A stretch of DNA of 64,000 nucleotides from Octopus sinensis. Lineage: Eukaryota. Below are positions 24,965-38,147 of this stretch, in pieces. The notes under the pieces were generated by a model. It did no database searches and was not told the origin of the DNA. It saw nothing but the letters and a program-made list of their open reading frames with translations. Numbering within the stretch: position 1 is the stretch's first letter; every line of letters begins with the position of its first letter. The position numbers and the translations under genes are program-made. The DNA is taken from contig NC_043005.1 in assembly GCF_006345805.1 (NCBI RefSeq), positions 94,984,001 to 95,048,000 of the forward strand. Direction: 5' to 3'.

Positions 24965-25688
24965 TTTACTTCAAACCTAACTTTAATTTCTTCTTGTGCT
25001 TCATTTTCTCTTGAAGCAGTTTTTTTTTTTTAATGCCTTATTTAAAATCAGGGTGGTGGGTTGTTGTCTATAAAATATATATATATGTATGTATATATAT
25101 ATATACATACACCAATGAACTTTGGTTGACTGCAGTATATTTCGTTTTATATATACTATCTTAGAATCCATACGAAACGACGGTATTCTTTTCTGCCCTC
25201 TTCAGTAATTCCTGATGTCTTTACTTCAAACCTAACTTTAATTTCTTCTTGTGCTTCATTTTCTCTTGAAGCAGTTTTTTTTTTTTTTTGCCCTTACTCT
25301 CATTTTCCTTTCACTGATTCACGTATTTCATTAGTTCTCTCTACCTCTCTTCTTTCCATCTCTCCTTCCTTACTCGCACTTTTTCTTTGTCTTTCACTAT
25401 TTCTTCTTTCCCTGTGTGCATTTCAGTGTCTGCCTGTCAGATTGCTGGATGACTTATGACACTCGTTCTTCTTCACACTCGGGGAATCACCCACCAACCA
25501 ATTTCTTTATGATATTTTAATCATTTATTTCACTTCGTTTCTCCCCTCTCAGCACACACACTGATTTCCCTTCCAACTAAACACAAAAGGTGAATGCACA
25601 GTCAAAGATTTTGACATATGACTTGAATAAGAAAATTACTGAGACAGTTGTTGAGTATGTATTACGCACGCATGCGTGCGTTTGTGCA

Positions 25689-25719
<31 letters not shown>

Positions 25720-26247
25720 CCACATGTATACATTTTAGAAATATACATTTAGGCTCGCTATTTAAATAGACCCATTGGTTAAACCTCTTCACTTCACTCA
25801 CCTGCTTCACTCACCTGCTAACCCACAATATCTACTGTAGCATATTCTTCTATTTATGAATATATTCTGTCCTTCCAAAAACATGTTTGTTTCATTTAAT
25901 GCCTTATTTAAAATCAGGGTGGTGGGTTGTTGTCTATAAAATATAAATATGAGTCCTACGATTTGAGGTAAACCATATAAAAGTCCTACGACAAAATATG
26001 CTTGAGAGCACCCCAACCCACCATATCTGAGGCCTTTTGCCTAAGTCAGAAATTAATAGCAATAATGCTAAATCAATGAAGGCATAAGATAATCTAAATT
26101 AGTTGGACGCTATGGTAGAGGTGATAGGGTTGTGGTGGTGGTGGTGGTGGTGGTGGCGCCGGCGGTGGTCGAGCAGTTGGAAACAATACCTCTTTTGGTG
26201 ATGTCATTAATGGAGGTGGTTAAGATTGCTTGTAAAGGTGGTGGAGG

Positions 26248-26278
<31 letters not shown>

Positions 26279-27126
26279 GCTGCTGCTGGTACCGGTGCTG
26301 GATGTGGTTCTAACGTAGTGGTGATTTTAGAAATCGTGGCAATTAATGGTTGCGATGGTGATTGTAGAGAAGACTTGTAGTGGTGGTGACGAAGGCGATG
26401 GCGAAAGTTATTGTAATAGTTGGGGTTATGGTGGGGATAGTGGTATAGCTAAGGATGGTGGTGGTGATGGGGATTGTGGTAACGGTTGTGTTGCTTGGGA
26501 GTGCTGGTGGTGGTGGTGGTGATGGGCGTGTTGTTTGTTACGGTAGAGTTTGTGTAGAGTGTGGACATTGTGTTAATGGTTGCTCTTATGGTTGTGGCAA
26601 TAGTTGCGATAGAGATCGTGGAGGGAAGTATCTGATATGTCCCTGTGGATGTTGTGAGTAGATGGATGGGTGAGTGGTTGAAATGACTGTTATTCGAGTT
26701 TCTATTCACAAAGATAAGGGCGGGAAAGGGGGAGTGAAGTATTTAATAGAAAATAAGGATCAGGAATGGGAATAAGGAATATAGTCATGTTATTGTATAA
26801 TTGTACATACATTAGTTCACACGCACACATGTATACTCCAAGTACACGTACAAACAGGCATACACACACGTATAGGTATAAACGCATACATGTATGCACA
26901 CGGGCACGTATAAAGATATGCGCACACATTCGCACACACACAAACATAGTCGCACACTCGGAAACATACAGATAAGTGTGCACGTATGTACACCAACACA
27001 TATACCCATGTACACATTATTATATCATTAGATACAAGTGCTTGAACACACACAGTCTTAATCATACTTCTTTTAAATCTGTTTTACACATCCACTCCAT
27101 GACACGGAAAACCTCTTTCTTTCTCA

Positions 27127-27159
<33 letters not shown>

Positions 27160-27624
27160 CCCTCTCTCGCTCTCTCCCTCTGTATCTCTCTCCTACATAT
27201 GCACAAGCATCGTCTTCCTTGTTGTTGCACGCAAACATTCACACACACACACATACTTTTTCTCCCACACACATATGCACTCAACTTTGTTCGTCTACAC
27301 ACACACGCACACACACACACATACACACACACATACATACATACACACACACTGCCTCTCTCTCCTTCATTCTCTCTCCCTTCTCTCTCTCATTCTTTTC
27401 CTCTGTCTCTCCCTTTCTCTCCTTCCACTCTGTCTATCACACCGCTACGTCATACCCAACACTCCCCCACCCCACCCCATGACCATGAAATCATTAATCA
27501 TCTTTTAAAACATGGAAACATGTGTGAGGGGAAACTATTCTCCGCCTCCTCACCCTTTTACTCTCCTTCCCCTTTCATCTCCCCTTCAACCTAACCACAT
27601 TTCAGGTCCACTACTCTCTATCCC

Positions 27625-27673
<49 letters not shown>

Positions 27674-27871
27674 ACACACACACACACACATCTCTCGTCA
27701 AACTACAAATCTTCTCCATTTTGCAATTTCAAGATTTCTCTAATTCGGTTAACATTTCTTAATGGATTGAAATTCTTTGATTGGTAGTATGCTTGTTGTT
27801 GCTGTTGTGGTGGTGGTTGTTACCATTATCATCATCATCATCATCATCATCATTTATTATTATTATTATTA

Positions 27872-27922
<51 letters not shown>

Positions 27923-29090
27923 GGCAGCGAGCTGGCACAATGGTTAGCACGCCGGGCAAAATCCTTAGCGGCATTTCGTACGTTTTCACGTTCTGAGTTC
28001 AAATTCTGCCGAGGTCGACATTGTCTTTCATCTTTTCTGGGTCGATAAAATAAGTACCGGTGGAATACTGAGGTCGAGTTTCTCGAACTTGCTGGCCTTG
28101 TGCCAAAATTTGAAACCATTATTATTATTATTATGGCGGCGAGCTTCATAACTTAAGCAAATACGGTGAAGTATATGCTTCACAGATGAGGTTCAATAAG
28201 AACGAAGCATGTCCAGCGGTGTTTTCCATTCTTGTTCAAGTAATTTTAGTAATAACAGTTATTAAGGTAATTCTATGAGCTTGAACAATTTGAATATTCA
28301 TTGTCATATGTCTTTCTGATATTTTATGATGATTCGAAGTTCAGCTCCAATCGGTTCCACTGAGATTTGACAATGTCTTACTTCGTATCGGGCATGCATG
28401 TGAATATTTGTATCATTTTGGATATGTATGTAAATGTGAGTATATTTGTGTATGTTATTATGAAAGTGTGCATGTATAAGGGTATACACGTGGAAGGAAG
28501 ATGTGTTTGAAGTAATGATATCTAAATTTATGTCTGTGCGTGTTTATATGCGCGCACGTGAGAGAGTGTGTATGTGTATATGTGATTGTGTATGCGTATG
28601 CGTGCCACCGAGTGGGTTTGTATGCGTATGTGTATATTTTCACCAGATGACATAACAAGGTAGTTACTGAGTCATTGACAGAAATTTGAGACCTCCACTA
28701 GTCTGACTTCTATTTGATACCCTAACCAGCCAAATTTCTCTGAAATCAAACCTTACCCTTTACCATTTATGCACACACAAATACACACACATACGTACAC
28801 GTACAAATACACATACACACACACACACACGCACACATTAATGTTTGTTTTATGTGAAGTTAGTTATATCTAAAATCAATTTAACATTAAACCGAAGGAT
28901 CACTGAATAGTTTTTAGGGCAAAAATTTATAAATTTTCACAAAGAAAATGCGGACAGTGACTTCGATGTTTCGACTTACTAGCCGTCAGAGAGCTAATAA
29001 GGCAAATGATTGTTATTATTACTATTATTAGAATTATTGATATTTCAAGATTGAAGTTACTCTTCACGAAGGTAAAGAAACAAGAATGCG

Positions 29091-29752
29091 ATTGTTATTG
29101 GTAATAAGTAGAGATTGACACTTTTTTTATTAAAATGAAAATGAAACCAATGAACAATATTTCGACACGCCGTGTGTCTTTTACAAATACAAAATATAAA
29201 ATGAAATTAATTCAAAGAGAGGAAACGCTGAAACATTCAAAATTAAATCGGAATAACTGCGTTTCTTTCCAAGTAAAATGACGTCATTAGTCTTCGGTCT
29301 TTCACAAAAGGTAGCAGATGGAAAGAAAGAATAAAAAAAAGAAAAGAATTGAAGGAAAAAAATTATTCAGTCAAAAAGTTTAGTATAAATATGGTGGAAT
29401 TCATCTGCCATTTTATTAATTCCTCCAGGCTGAGATATCAACAGCTCACAAATATTTCTATCCTTATAGGTTTTGAGGACTGAAAGTGCAGTGGAGTGGC
29501 AGTATTTTTTTTTTTTTGTTTTTGAGAATGCGCACCATCAGGTCCTCCTCAAATTTACACCTGTTTGATGTGAAATGCTCCGTAAGTTCCGTGGAACCAC
29601 TGACGTCATACCTATCAGCGTTTCCTATCTTTGAATTTAATTTCATTTTATATTTTGAACTTATAAAAGACACACAGTGTGTCGAAATATTGTTCATTCA
29701 TTTCATTTTCATTTTAATCAACAGAGTTAATCTCTATTTATTACCAATAACG
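29091..29752. mobile_element. Old inverted repeat (about 140-bp arms), each arm with a variant hammerhead-like motif
   Basis: Arms about 29091-29231 and 29615-29752. Motifs GAAC-TTATAAA-A-GACAC-ACAGT-GTGTC-GAAATATT-GTTC (29657-29695, +) and GTAT-TTGTAAA-A-GACAC-ACGGC-GTGTC-GAAATATT-GTTC (29152-29190, -). Confidence 0.6.
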
Positions 29753-29889
29753 AAAATCTGCGGTTTTGTTCTTACGTTAGAAACTGCAATTGTTAAATCA
29801 TTACAAAAAGATGGAAACCAAATTAGATTTTGTAAACTTCCATCCGGTTGTTTCATTAGTTGATGACTATACTGTTCTTCCCTCTCCAG

Positions 29890-29990
29890 ATCCTTGCGGA
29901 TTACGGGATGAAGATGGTGTGCAAGTACTCAATAGGATTAACAATATAGCACGTAAAAAGGTGGAAGAGTTTCTTACTGAGAAACAAACG
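29890..29990 (+). CDS. Putative internal coding exon of an unidentified host gene (DPCGLRDEDGVQVLNRINNIARKKVEEFLTEKQT)
   Basis: Polypyrimidine tract ttcttccctctccAG, open non-repetitive frame, donor ACG|GTCAGT. Enters in phase 1 and exits in phase 0. Confidence 0.65.
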
Positions 29991-30563
29991 GTCAGTCGCA
30001 AATGGGAACAGATGAGCAACATTTGGTTATCTTTTTGTTGAAATATACAATGCTGTGTGCTCGTATTGCCTCCTAAGCTTATGGCATTTTTATGGAGTTC
30101 CACATACTCCTATAAATAGGATGATGACAGTTGAATTGTCTATAGTCAAAGATTATGTGATTGGAATTAAATAACGACTGCGATAGCAACAGTAACAATC
30201 TGGAAAAGCGTTAAAGACATGGTGAGGAATTGAAGAGATTTATTGGACGATAATGAAAGGTGTGGATTGCTGTAAGGAAAACAAAGAAAGTGAGGTTAAG
30301 GGAAAAGGGAGCTTGGACGTGCTAACAGTGAGAAAAGGGAGGTAGCAAGGAAGGGTGATGAAGGGAAGTAGAGAGATTAATCAAGGGAAAGGCAGATAAA
30401 AAGAATTAGGAGGGCGGCAGAGAGAGGGAGAGAGAGAGAAGATGCAAGAGAGAAAGAGTTAATATTGAGAGAAAGGAAGTAGCGAGAGAGAAGCAAAGAG
30501 GTAAACGAGAGAGAGTAAAGAAGAGAGAAATACTCAGGGAAAAGAGCTTCAGAGAGAGAAAGG

Positions 30564-30600
<37 letters not shown>

Positions 30601-30726
30601 GAAGAGAGAGAGAGAGAAAGAGAGAGTGAGTGAGCGAATGAGGAGAAGCAACTCTGAGAAGAGAGAAGATAGTAATCAGAGAGAGCGAGTGTAGAAATAC
30701 GATGAAAGAGATATGTTTTTTTCCAG

Positions 30727-30798
30727 ATTTCTACGGCTGCAGAGGTGCTAGAAATGGATGACAGCCACAACGCAGTCATTTGGTTACATTTTATTCAG
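30727..30798 (+). CDS. Putative next coding exon (ISTAAEVLEMDDSHNAVIWLHFIQ), 3' end uncertain
   Basis: Acceptor tttttttccAG, phase-0 start compatible with the previous exon. The donor is after either 30782 (GTTACA) or 30798 (GTTTTA). Confidence 0.5.
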
Positions 30799-30889
30799 GT
30801 TTTATGAAATTATTTTTCTTTCGTTTATTTCTTCACTGGATGCGTGTACATGTGTATGTGTGTGTTTTTATTTGAGTTCTTGTTGGAGT

Positions 30890-31185
30890 ATTCGACTCAC
30901 AATCGTAAGGTAGTCATTTCGATTCCTGGTGACACGCTGTGTCCTTGAGCAAGACACTTTATTTCACGTTGCTCAAGTCAACTCAGCTGGCAAAAATGAG
31001 TTGTACCTGTATTTCAAAAGGCCAGCCTTGTCACAGTCTGTGTCACGCTGAATATCTTCCAAGAACTACGTTAAGGGTACACGTATCTGTGGAGTGCTCA
31101 GCCACTTGCGCATTAATTCCACGAACAAACAATTCCATTGGTCGGATCAAATGGAACCTTCGTCGTCGTAACTGACGGAGTGCCT
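30890..31185 (+). mobile_element. SINE family D
   Basis: B-box-like TTCGATTCC, GTGTCCTTGAGCAAGACACTT core, and a 3' part shared with 16347-16448 (-). Confidence 0.75.
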
Positions 31186-31669
31186 TTGTGTGTAATGATC
31201 TTTACTTTTTTTAGGTTGCTTTTGTCATGACGACTACGGCCACGCTGGAGCACCGCTTTCATATACATACGAATGCGTTCGTACTTGTGCTTGCGTATCG
31301 TATATATGGGCGATTGAGTAGTGTGACGCCGTGCTGGTGTGGGCGAGATGGTTATGGTTGTCTTTTGATATTATACCCTACATAATAACACATACACACA
31401 CATTAGACACACATACGCACATACTCACAAACACACACATTTACACGCAAGCATACAGAAAAAAAGAAATATTTAAAAAATATAAAAATTTATATATTGA
31501 AAGAGAGAAAATACTGTTAGGCCATTTATTGAGAATAAGTGTAAACAGAAAACTCATAACTAATGTGTGTTCGATGGAATACATACATACATACATACAT
31601 ACATACATACATACATACCCACGCACATATAAACATAGAACAAATGGATAGAGAAATGGTAGACATATG

Positions 31670-31785
<116 letters not shown>

Positions 31786-31812
31786 TATATGTATACATAT
31801 ATATATGTATAC

Positions 31813-31978
<166 letters not shown>

Positions 31979-34380
31979 CAGACAGATATATACACATAGA
32001 TATACGTCTCCTTTTTTTCCATTTTATTACATAACGAAACGCTTTAGTATTTTGCTTTGCTTTATTATACTTTTTTCCTTGGTAATTCCAATAGTAGCAG
32101 TAAATAACACCGCCTGACGTTCTATCTAGCTTTGATCTTTTGTGGTATTGGTTATTGCATACATCGATCACTTATTTCTAGGAGTACTAGTTGACTACCG
32201 TGAACATTTTTTAGTATTACTTGTTATACTCTGTGACTATTTGGACAATTTTTATAGAGGTAAAGTACATTTTGGTCTATGTATGTGTGTATTTATGCAC
32301 GTATGTATGCAAATACGTATGTATGCATGTATGTATGTATGTATGTATGTATGTATGTATGAATATTTGTATGTATGTATGTATGTATGTATGTATGCAT
32401 GCATGCATGCATGTACGTAAGTATGTATGTATGTTTGTATGTTTGTATGTATGTTTGTATGTTTGTATGTATGTATGCATGTATGTACGTATGTATGTAT
32501 GTATGTATGTATGCATGCATGTATGTACGTATGTATGTTTGTATGTATGTATGCATGTATGTACGTATGTATGTATGCATGCATCTATGTACGTATGTAT
32601 GTTTGTATGTATGTATGTATGAATGAATGTTTGTTCTCTTTCTCTTTAATTTTAGAGGAACGTTTGACCGGCCCCCTACTTGGTAGCAGGGTTGTGAAGG
32701 AAATATCTCCTTTTAACCATTATCCTTTAAACCTTAAGAAGGTCTTGTAATTTTTTATAGTCTCCGATATCGTGATCATTTGTGGCATATCAGTTAAGGA
32801 TTTGCATTCTCTCTCCGAAATCTCAATTTCAACCATACTTTGTATGTATGTATGTATGTATGTATTTAGGTAGGTACGTACGTGCGTGGGCAGGTAGATT
32901 TGATAGTAAATAGGTAGGTAGGTAGGTAGGTAGGTAGGTAGATACGTACATACGCACGGACGTATTGATGTCTGAATGGATGGAAATGTATATGTGTGCT
33001 TATGTATGCATGCATATATGTAAGTGAATTTGGTACACGGAAGTGTACGCTATCTATGTCAGTGCATAAGCTTACCTGTATTAACGGGTATTGTGTTCTA
33101 TCCCCGTTTCTTAAATATGCAACATATCATCTGTAAGAATTATTGTACAGCGGTACAAGAAGCAAGGTCACATCCAACATCGACTGCCAGGCAATGAAAG
33201 TGAACACTGCATAATATATTCATTCCAATCGACCATCCGATCAGTTCTATTGTCTACAAACCTTGCCATATTTCAAGACAGATTTTACAACGAAAATAAA
33301 AACCGAAGAAGAAAATGTAAAAACAGGGTTATTATTCAGAAAAGCCTATTTTATCAGTATCAATGGTAAATATTCTAAAAAATTAATGCAGGGACATCAA
33401 TGTAGAAGATTTACATATTGAGATTTAGTAAATATCTTGTCTTACGTATGTGTGATGGTGGAGGATCGTTGTTTTTCCATTTTCCATCACTGATTTTCAA
33501 AATGGCGGCATTTTGAAAGAACCATTTGTGCGTCTGATCGATAACTTTCCTTCCTATACAGAAAGTTATCAATTTCTCTTCATTGATTCAATCTTTAATG
33601 AAGGCGTGCGATCGCAAGATTGCGGTTTCGTTTACCGGACCGGATGGTGTGCTGCGTTCCTGAGCAAAAAATCTCCATTTCACGTTGCTCCTATTTACTC
33701 AGCTGTATATGTGCGACCTTGCGCCAGACTAGTGTCCCGTTCAGGGAGAATGTTCTGATTTCCGTCACTTATACGCCATAAAAACTTGGTAACTGGCTGT
33801 GAGTCCTTGAACTTGAGAAATAGCTTCATTTTCATTCTTTCTCTGTTTCTCTTTTGCCTCTTTTAATTCTCTTTTTCTACTTCTCTTTCTCGTCTTTTAC
33901 TTCCACCACCTACTACTACTACTACTACTACTACGTCGTCGCCGTCGTCAACGAACTTTGCTTCTGTGACCTTGTTTGATTGCATTCTATCTTCCTTTAA
34001 AACAAACGATTTTGTGTGCCGTTCTACCATCCAACCCTGCCCTCGTATCCTCTGTTTGTTTTTTTCAATCGCCTTCTTCTTCTTCAGAGCGGATGCTGTA
34101 TGTTGTCCATCACCACGACAAATCCAATCGCATAGCAACATCAACCACTCTTATAGGCTTCTTACAACACTTCTTTTCTTTTCCTATCTCACAATTAAAT
34201 CGAACCGAATATTAAACCATTTCTGGTCTACTGGTTTTAGAGAGCTCTGGGAGGCAACGCTAATGTCTCTGTTACACGGATAGGATAAAACATATTCTTT
34301 TATTCTGGCGTCTGTTCGTTAATCCGTCAATCCCTTTCCCATGTTCAAACTAATCACCTACTTGTCTTTCTAATTCATCA

Positions 34381-34463
<83 letters not shown>

Positions 34464-34712
34464 CTATCTGTCTATCTATTTATCTATCTCTGTAGTTTTT
34501 CATCGGTCTATTTCGTATTAATTTCCAAACACGCATACACACACATACACACACATACATGCACACTCACAAACGCATACACACATACACATAATACACA
34601 TACATGCCAATGTATAGCGATAGTGAAGGAGATGGATAGATGAAGAGAGGAGGGTTATTTTAGTGTGTGTGTTTGTATCTGTGTATGTATGTGTCTCTAT
34701 ATGTCTAAGTGT

Positions 34713-34763
<51 letters not shown>

Positions 34764-35340
34764 ACGCCTGTAGACGAGTATGTGATGTATTTGTTTGTGC
34801 CTATCTATCTAAGCGTGTCTGTCTTTGTGAGTGTATGCTTGTGTTTGTGTCTGTATGTGCGTGTGTATCAGTGTGAGTGTCAAAACAAAGCAGCTGTCTC
34901 ATTGAATGCAGTGTCTCGCGAGAACCTTTGGCATTCGAATTGGAACCAAGTTTCCAAGCTGAACTTTGCCAGCAGACGGCTACTGGGTCACACGTCACAT
35001 TGTCATGTTATATATAATATAAACGGTTTTTTAGCTTCACCTCTCGAGTTGACTCTTTCGCTGTTAATAGTGATACCTTATAAGCATGAAGCTCAACTCT
35101 TACAGGGGAGAGGAAATAGGCACACATATTTTTTTTGTGTTGCTTTTTTTGTGGTTCCTTTTTTCTTTGCGAAAGGGCAGTCGTCACTAAAGTAAAATTA
35201 TTTCAACTGACAACTGAAATATACTCATGAATTCTCAAATAATTTAGTTACGAATATAGGACTAATATTAATTAACGTAAACAGCATTAAGCCAGTTTAT
35301 TTTCCAGCAAATGATTTTGGACTGAAAGGGCAGCAAGAAA

Positions 35341-35406
<66 letters not shown>

Positions 35407-36256
35407 CATTGAATAACGCAGGGCTAAACAATTTACAGAATATAGCATTGGGAAAGAGAAGTGACAACAATAAAATAACAGTTCCAAACTTTGGCACGAG
35501 GATAAAAGGAGTGGACGACCTCGGTGCAATTTGAGCTCAGAACGTAATGACGAATGAAATGCTGGTAAGCATTTTGCCCGGCGTGCTAAGGAGTCCTCTA
35601 GTTGCCGTCTTGCAAAGCAACGAAATAATCATTCTACATTAGGTAGAAATTTTTAGAGAGGTTAATCGATTATATCGACTCCAGTGTTTAGCCTCGGCGA
35701 AATTTGAACTCCGAATGTAAAGACGGACGATGTGCCGCTAGGCATTTTGCCCAGCGTGATAACGATTCTGCCAACTCGCCGCCTTAGCAATAAAATAATC
35801 CTTTCTGCTATAGACACAAGACCATAAATTCTAGGGGAAGGGACTAGTCGATTACATCGACCCAGCGCATAACTGATTTTTAACTTATCACATCGACCCG
35901 TTTTTCACTGATATTTAATTTATCGAAGTCGAAAGGACGAAAAGCAAAGTCGACCTCGGCAGAATTTGAACTCAGAACGCAAAGACAGGCGAAATACCTA
36001 TTTCTTTACTACCCACGAGGGGCTAAACACAGAGGGGACAAACAAGGACAGACAAACGGATTAAGTCGATTATATCGACCCTAGTGCGTAACTGGTACTT
36101 AATTTATCGACCCCGAGAGGATGAAAGACAAAGTCGACCTCGGCGGAATTTAAACTCAGAACGTAACGGCAGACGAAATACCGCGAAGCATTTCGCCCAG
36201 CGTGCTACGTTTCTGCCAGCTCACAGCCTCAATAATAATAATAATAATAATAATAA

Positions 36257-36811
36257 TGCCCTGATGCAGTACCAGGCAGTGGCTCTCATGGCTTCTGATC
36301 TTAACTGATTGGAAGTGTTATCATGTACATTGTTTTGTCTTGGTATAAAAGATGGGCTACAGCAAATATTCTGCTCAATACCACAAATTTGCTTGTCAGT
36401 TGTTTGACCTTAACCAGTTGAGCATGTCCCTTAGTGGCTGACAATACGTGCATCTCTGATCACGAGCAGAAGTAGTGGGGGAGCATCATGGCCATGTGTT
36501 GAGAGGGATTCTTTGGAGTTTGAATAATTCACCTCTGGAAACATAGGTGTTTCGTTCAACATCCTAAAGCAGCCCTTATTCAGGGACCTTTTGAGCAGGA
36601 TGGGCTACTCAACCTGAAGAAAATTCTAACTGGGCCCCACCTGCAAGGTCATGTGCTGTTTATTTTGATATGAGATTACCATGTCGCGCACATATGGTTG
36701 TGATGCATGTGCCTGGTGTACCTTTATCAGACGGGTAGTCATGATGGGTATATTGGGCTTCGTATATTTTACCCCAGTGTCACTTTGATGGCATGAACTG
36801 CTCTCTCACTC
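36257..36811 (+). mobile_element. Non-coding retroelement (non-LTR 3' UTR or non-autonomous element) inserted in (AAT)n
   Basis: Complex sequence of about 555 bp bounded exactly by (AAT)n on both sides, with no ORF. Confidence 0.55.
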
Positions 36812-36855
<44 letters not shown>

Positions 36856-36904
36856 TGATGATGATGATGATGATAATAATAGTAATAATAATGGTTTCAA
36901 ATTA

Positions 36905-38147
36905 GACTTCTCAAAACAGAAAGGAGAACGCGAATTCGAAGACTACAGATCCAATCCATGACAGGAACTGTAAAAATCTGTAAAACTTACCAGAAATTTA
37001 TCATTTAAATATATATGTAACGGTAGAGGTTACCAATTGTAAGCGATGAAAGAATTGTTTTTGTAACGATACCTATTATGGTGCAACGTCGTGATCGCTA
37101 TTTTGTAACGGTTGGTTCTTGGGAAGGCTGCAATGCTCTTGTTCGGGGTCACCACTTGTAACGATTTAGTTTTAGTTGAAGTCGAGGGTCACCAATTGTA
37201 ACGGTTAAGGTTTTAATTAGTGTAGTTACCATTTGTAACGGGTAAGACTGAGTAGGTACACAATATTATGAAATGTCGGAGTCAGCAGTTGTAACGATAA
37301 AAATTTGTTATAACGCATGAAGTTTTAAGGAAATATTTATTTACCGTAACGCTACAATACCTTGCCTCGACGGGCAGGTTATGATAAATCCAAAAGCATG
37401 CGCAGTAAAGTTTGTGTTTGTGTTCTCTTCATTGTTTAGTAGTAATTACAGAGAGTGATAGAATGATGTCGTAAGAGAACAGAATTAGAGCTAGTGAGAG
37501 TTGTAGGGTTGTGGGACGTTGTCTCACAGTTGTTGACAGTAAACTTCATTTCTCCCTCTGACCAAGGTTCTAGCTGGTCAGTCATCACCGAAGTGATTGA
37601 ACTATCGTTTTGCTTGGGGTTTATGCTTTTATAACTATCCAGAAGGATAGGCGTATCGTTGAGAAAAACAGATGTAGTTGGTGGTCTTGGTATCTCTGTT
37701 CTGGTTTTTGGTAAAGTAGAAGAGGTTTATAAGGGTCAAGTGGTGAAGACATTATTTCAGCCTAGCTAAAGGCATCTGGAAAATGTAAAACTGTTGTCAG
37801 AGAAAAACCATTGTTCCACCGTGGGAAAAGCTCTGTTGCAGCGTTAATTTAAATTTGGCTATGGTGGATCGAATCCACTTCATGCCTGCAAGATCCTACA
37901 TATATATGAGCATGTCTAGATATGCAGCTATATGCATGAGAATGCATACATTAATAAAAAAAATACAAATTTGCACATATACATACATACATACATACAT
38001 ACATACATACATACATACATACATACATACATAGAAACAAAAATACCCTGTTGCTGATGTTGAAATTCCAGTGAAGGAGCCTTGAATCTAGGTTCGAAAC
38101 TAGCTCTTTCTCTATTGGCAAGAAATCTTGAAATGAAACTGAACAAT
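36905..38147 (+). mobile_element. 3' remnant of an RLE-type non-LTR element, interrupted by a solo LTR
   Basis: LLKTERRTRIRRLQIQSMTGTVKICKTYQKFII* resembles an RLE ORF terminus. The end aaatgaaactgaacaat resembles the Dong 3' end at 6241. Confidence 0.55.
37016..37900 (-). mobile_element. Solo LTR (885 bp) with an array of PBS/terminus units at one end
   Basis: TGTA...TACA termini and a TATA 4-bp target duplication (37012-37015, 37901-37904). Minus-strand TATAAAA at about 37630 and AATAAA at about 37340. Confidence 0.75.

Noticed and set aside
28961-28993. Minus-strand CTGAC-GGCT/AGTC-GAAACATC motif
   Set aside because: The core lacks G8-A9 and stem I is poor. A possible fossil only.
37016-37351. 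CRISPR array
   Set aside because: Eukaryotic context, short degenerate repeats, irregular spacing and no cas genes. Better explained as LTR-end/PBS units.
38066-38120. Stem-loop followed by GAAAC
   Set aside because: The core does not match. It lies in the 3' UTR of the RLE remnant and is better read as a LINE 3' stem-loop.
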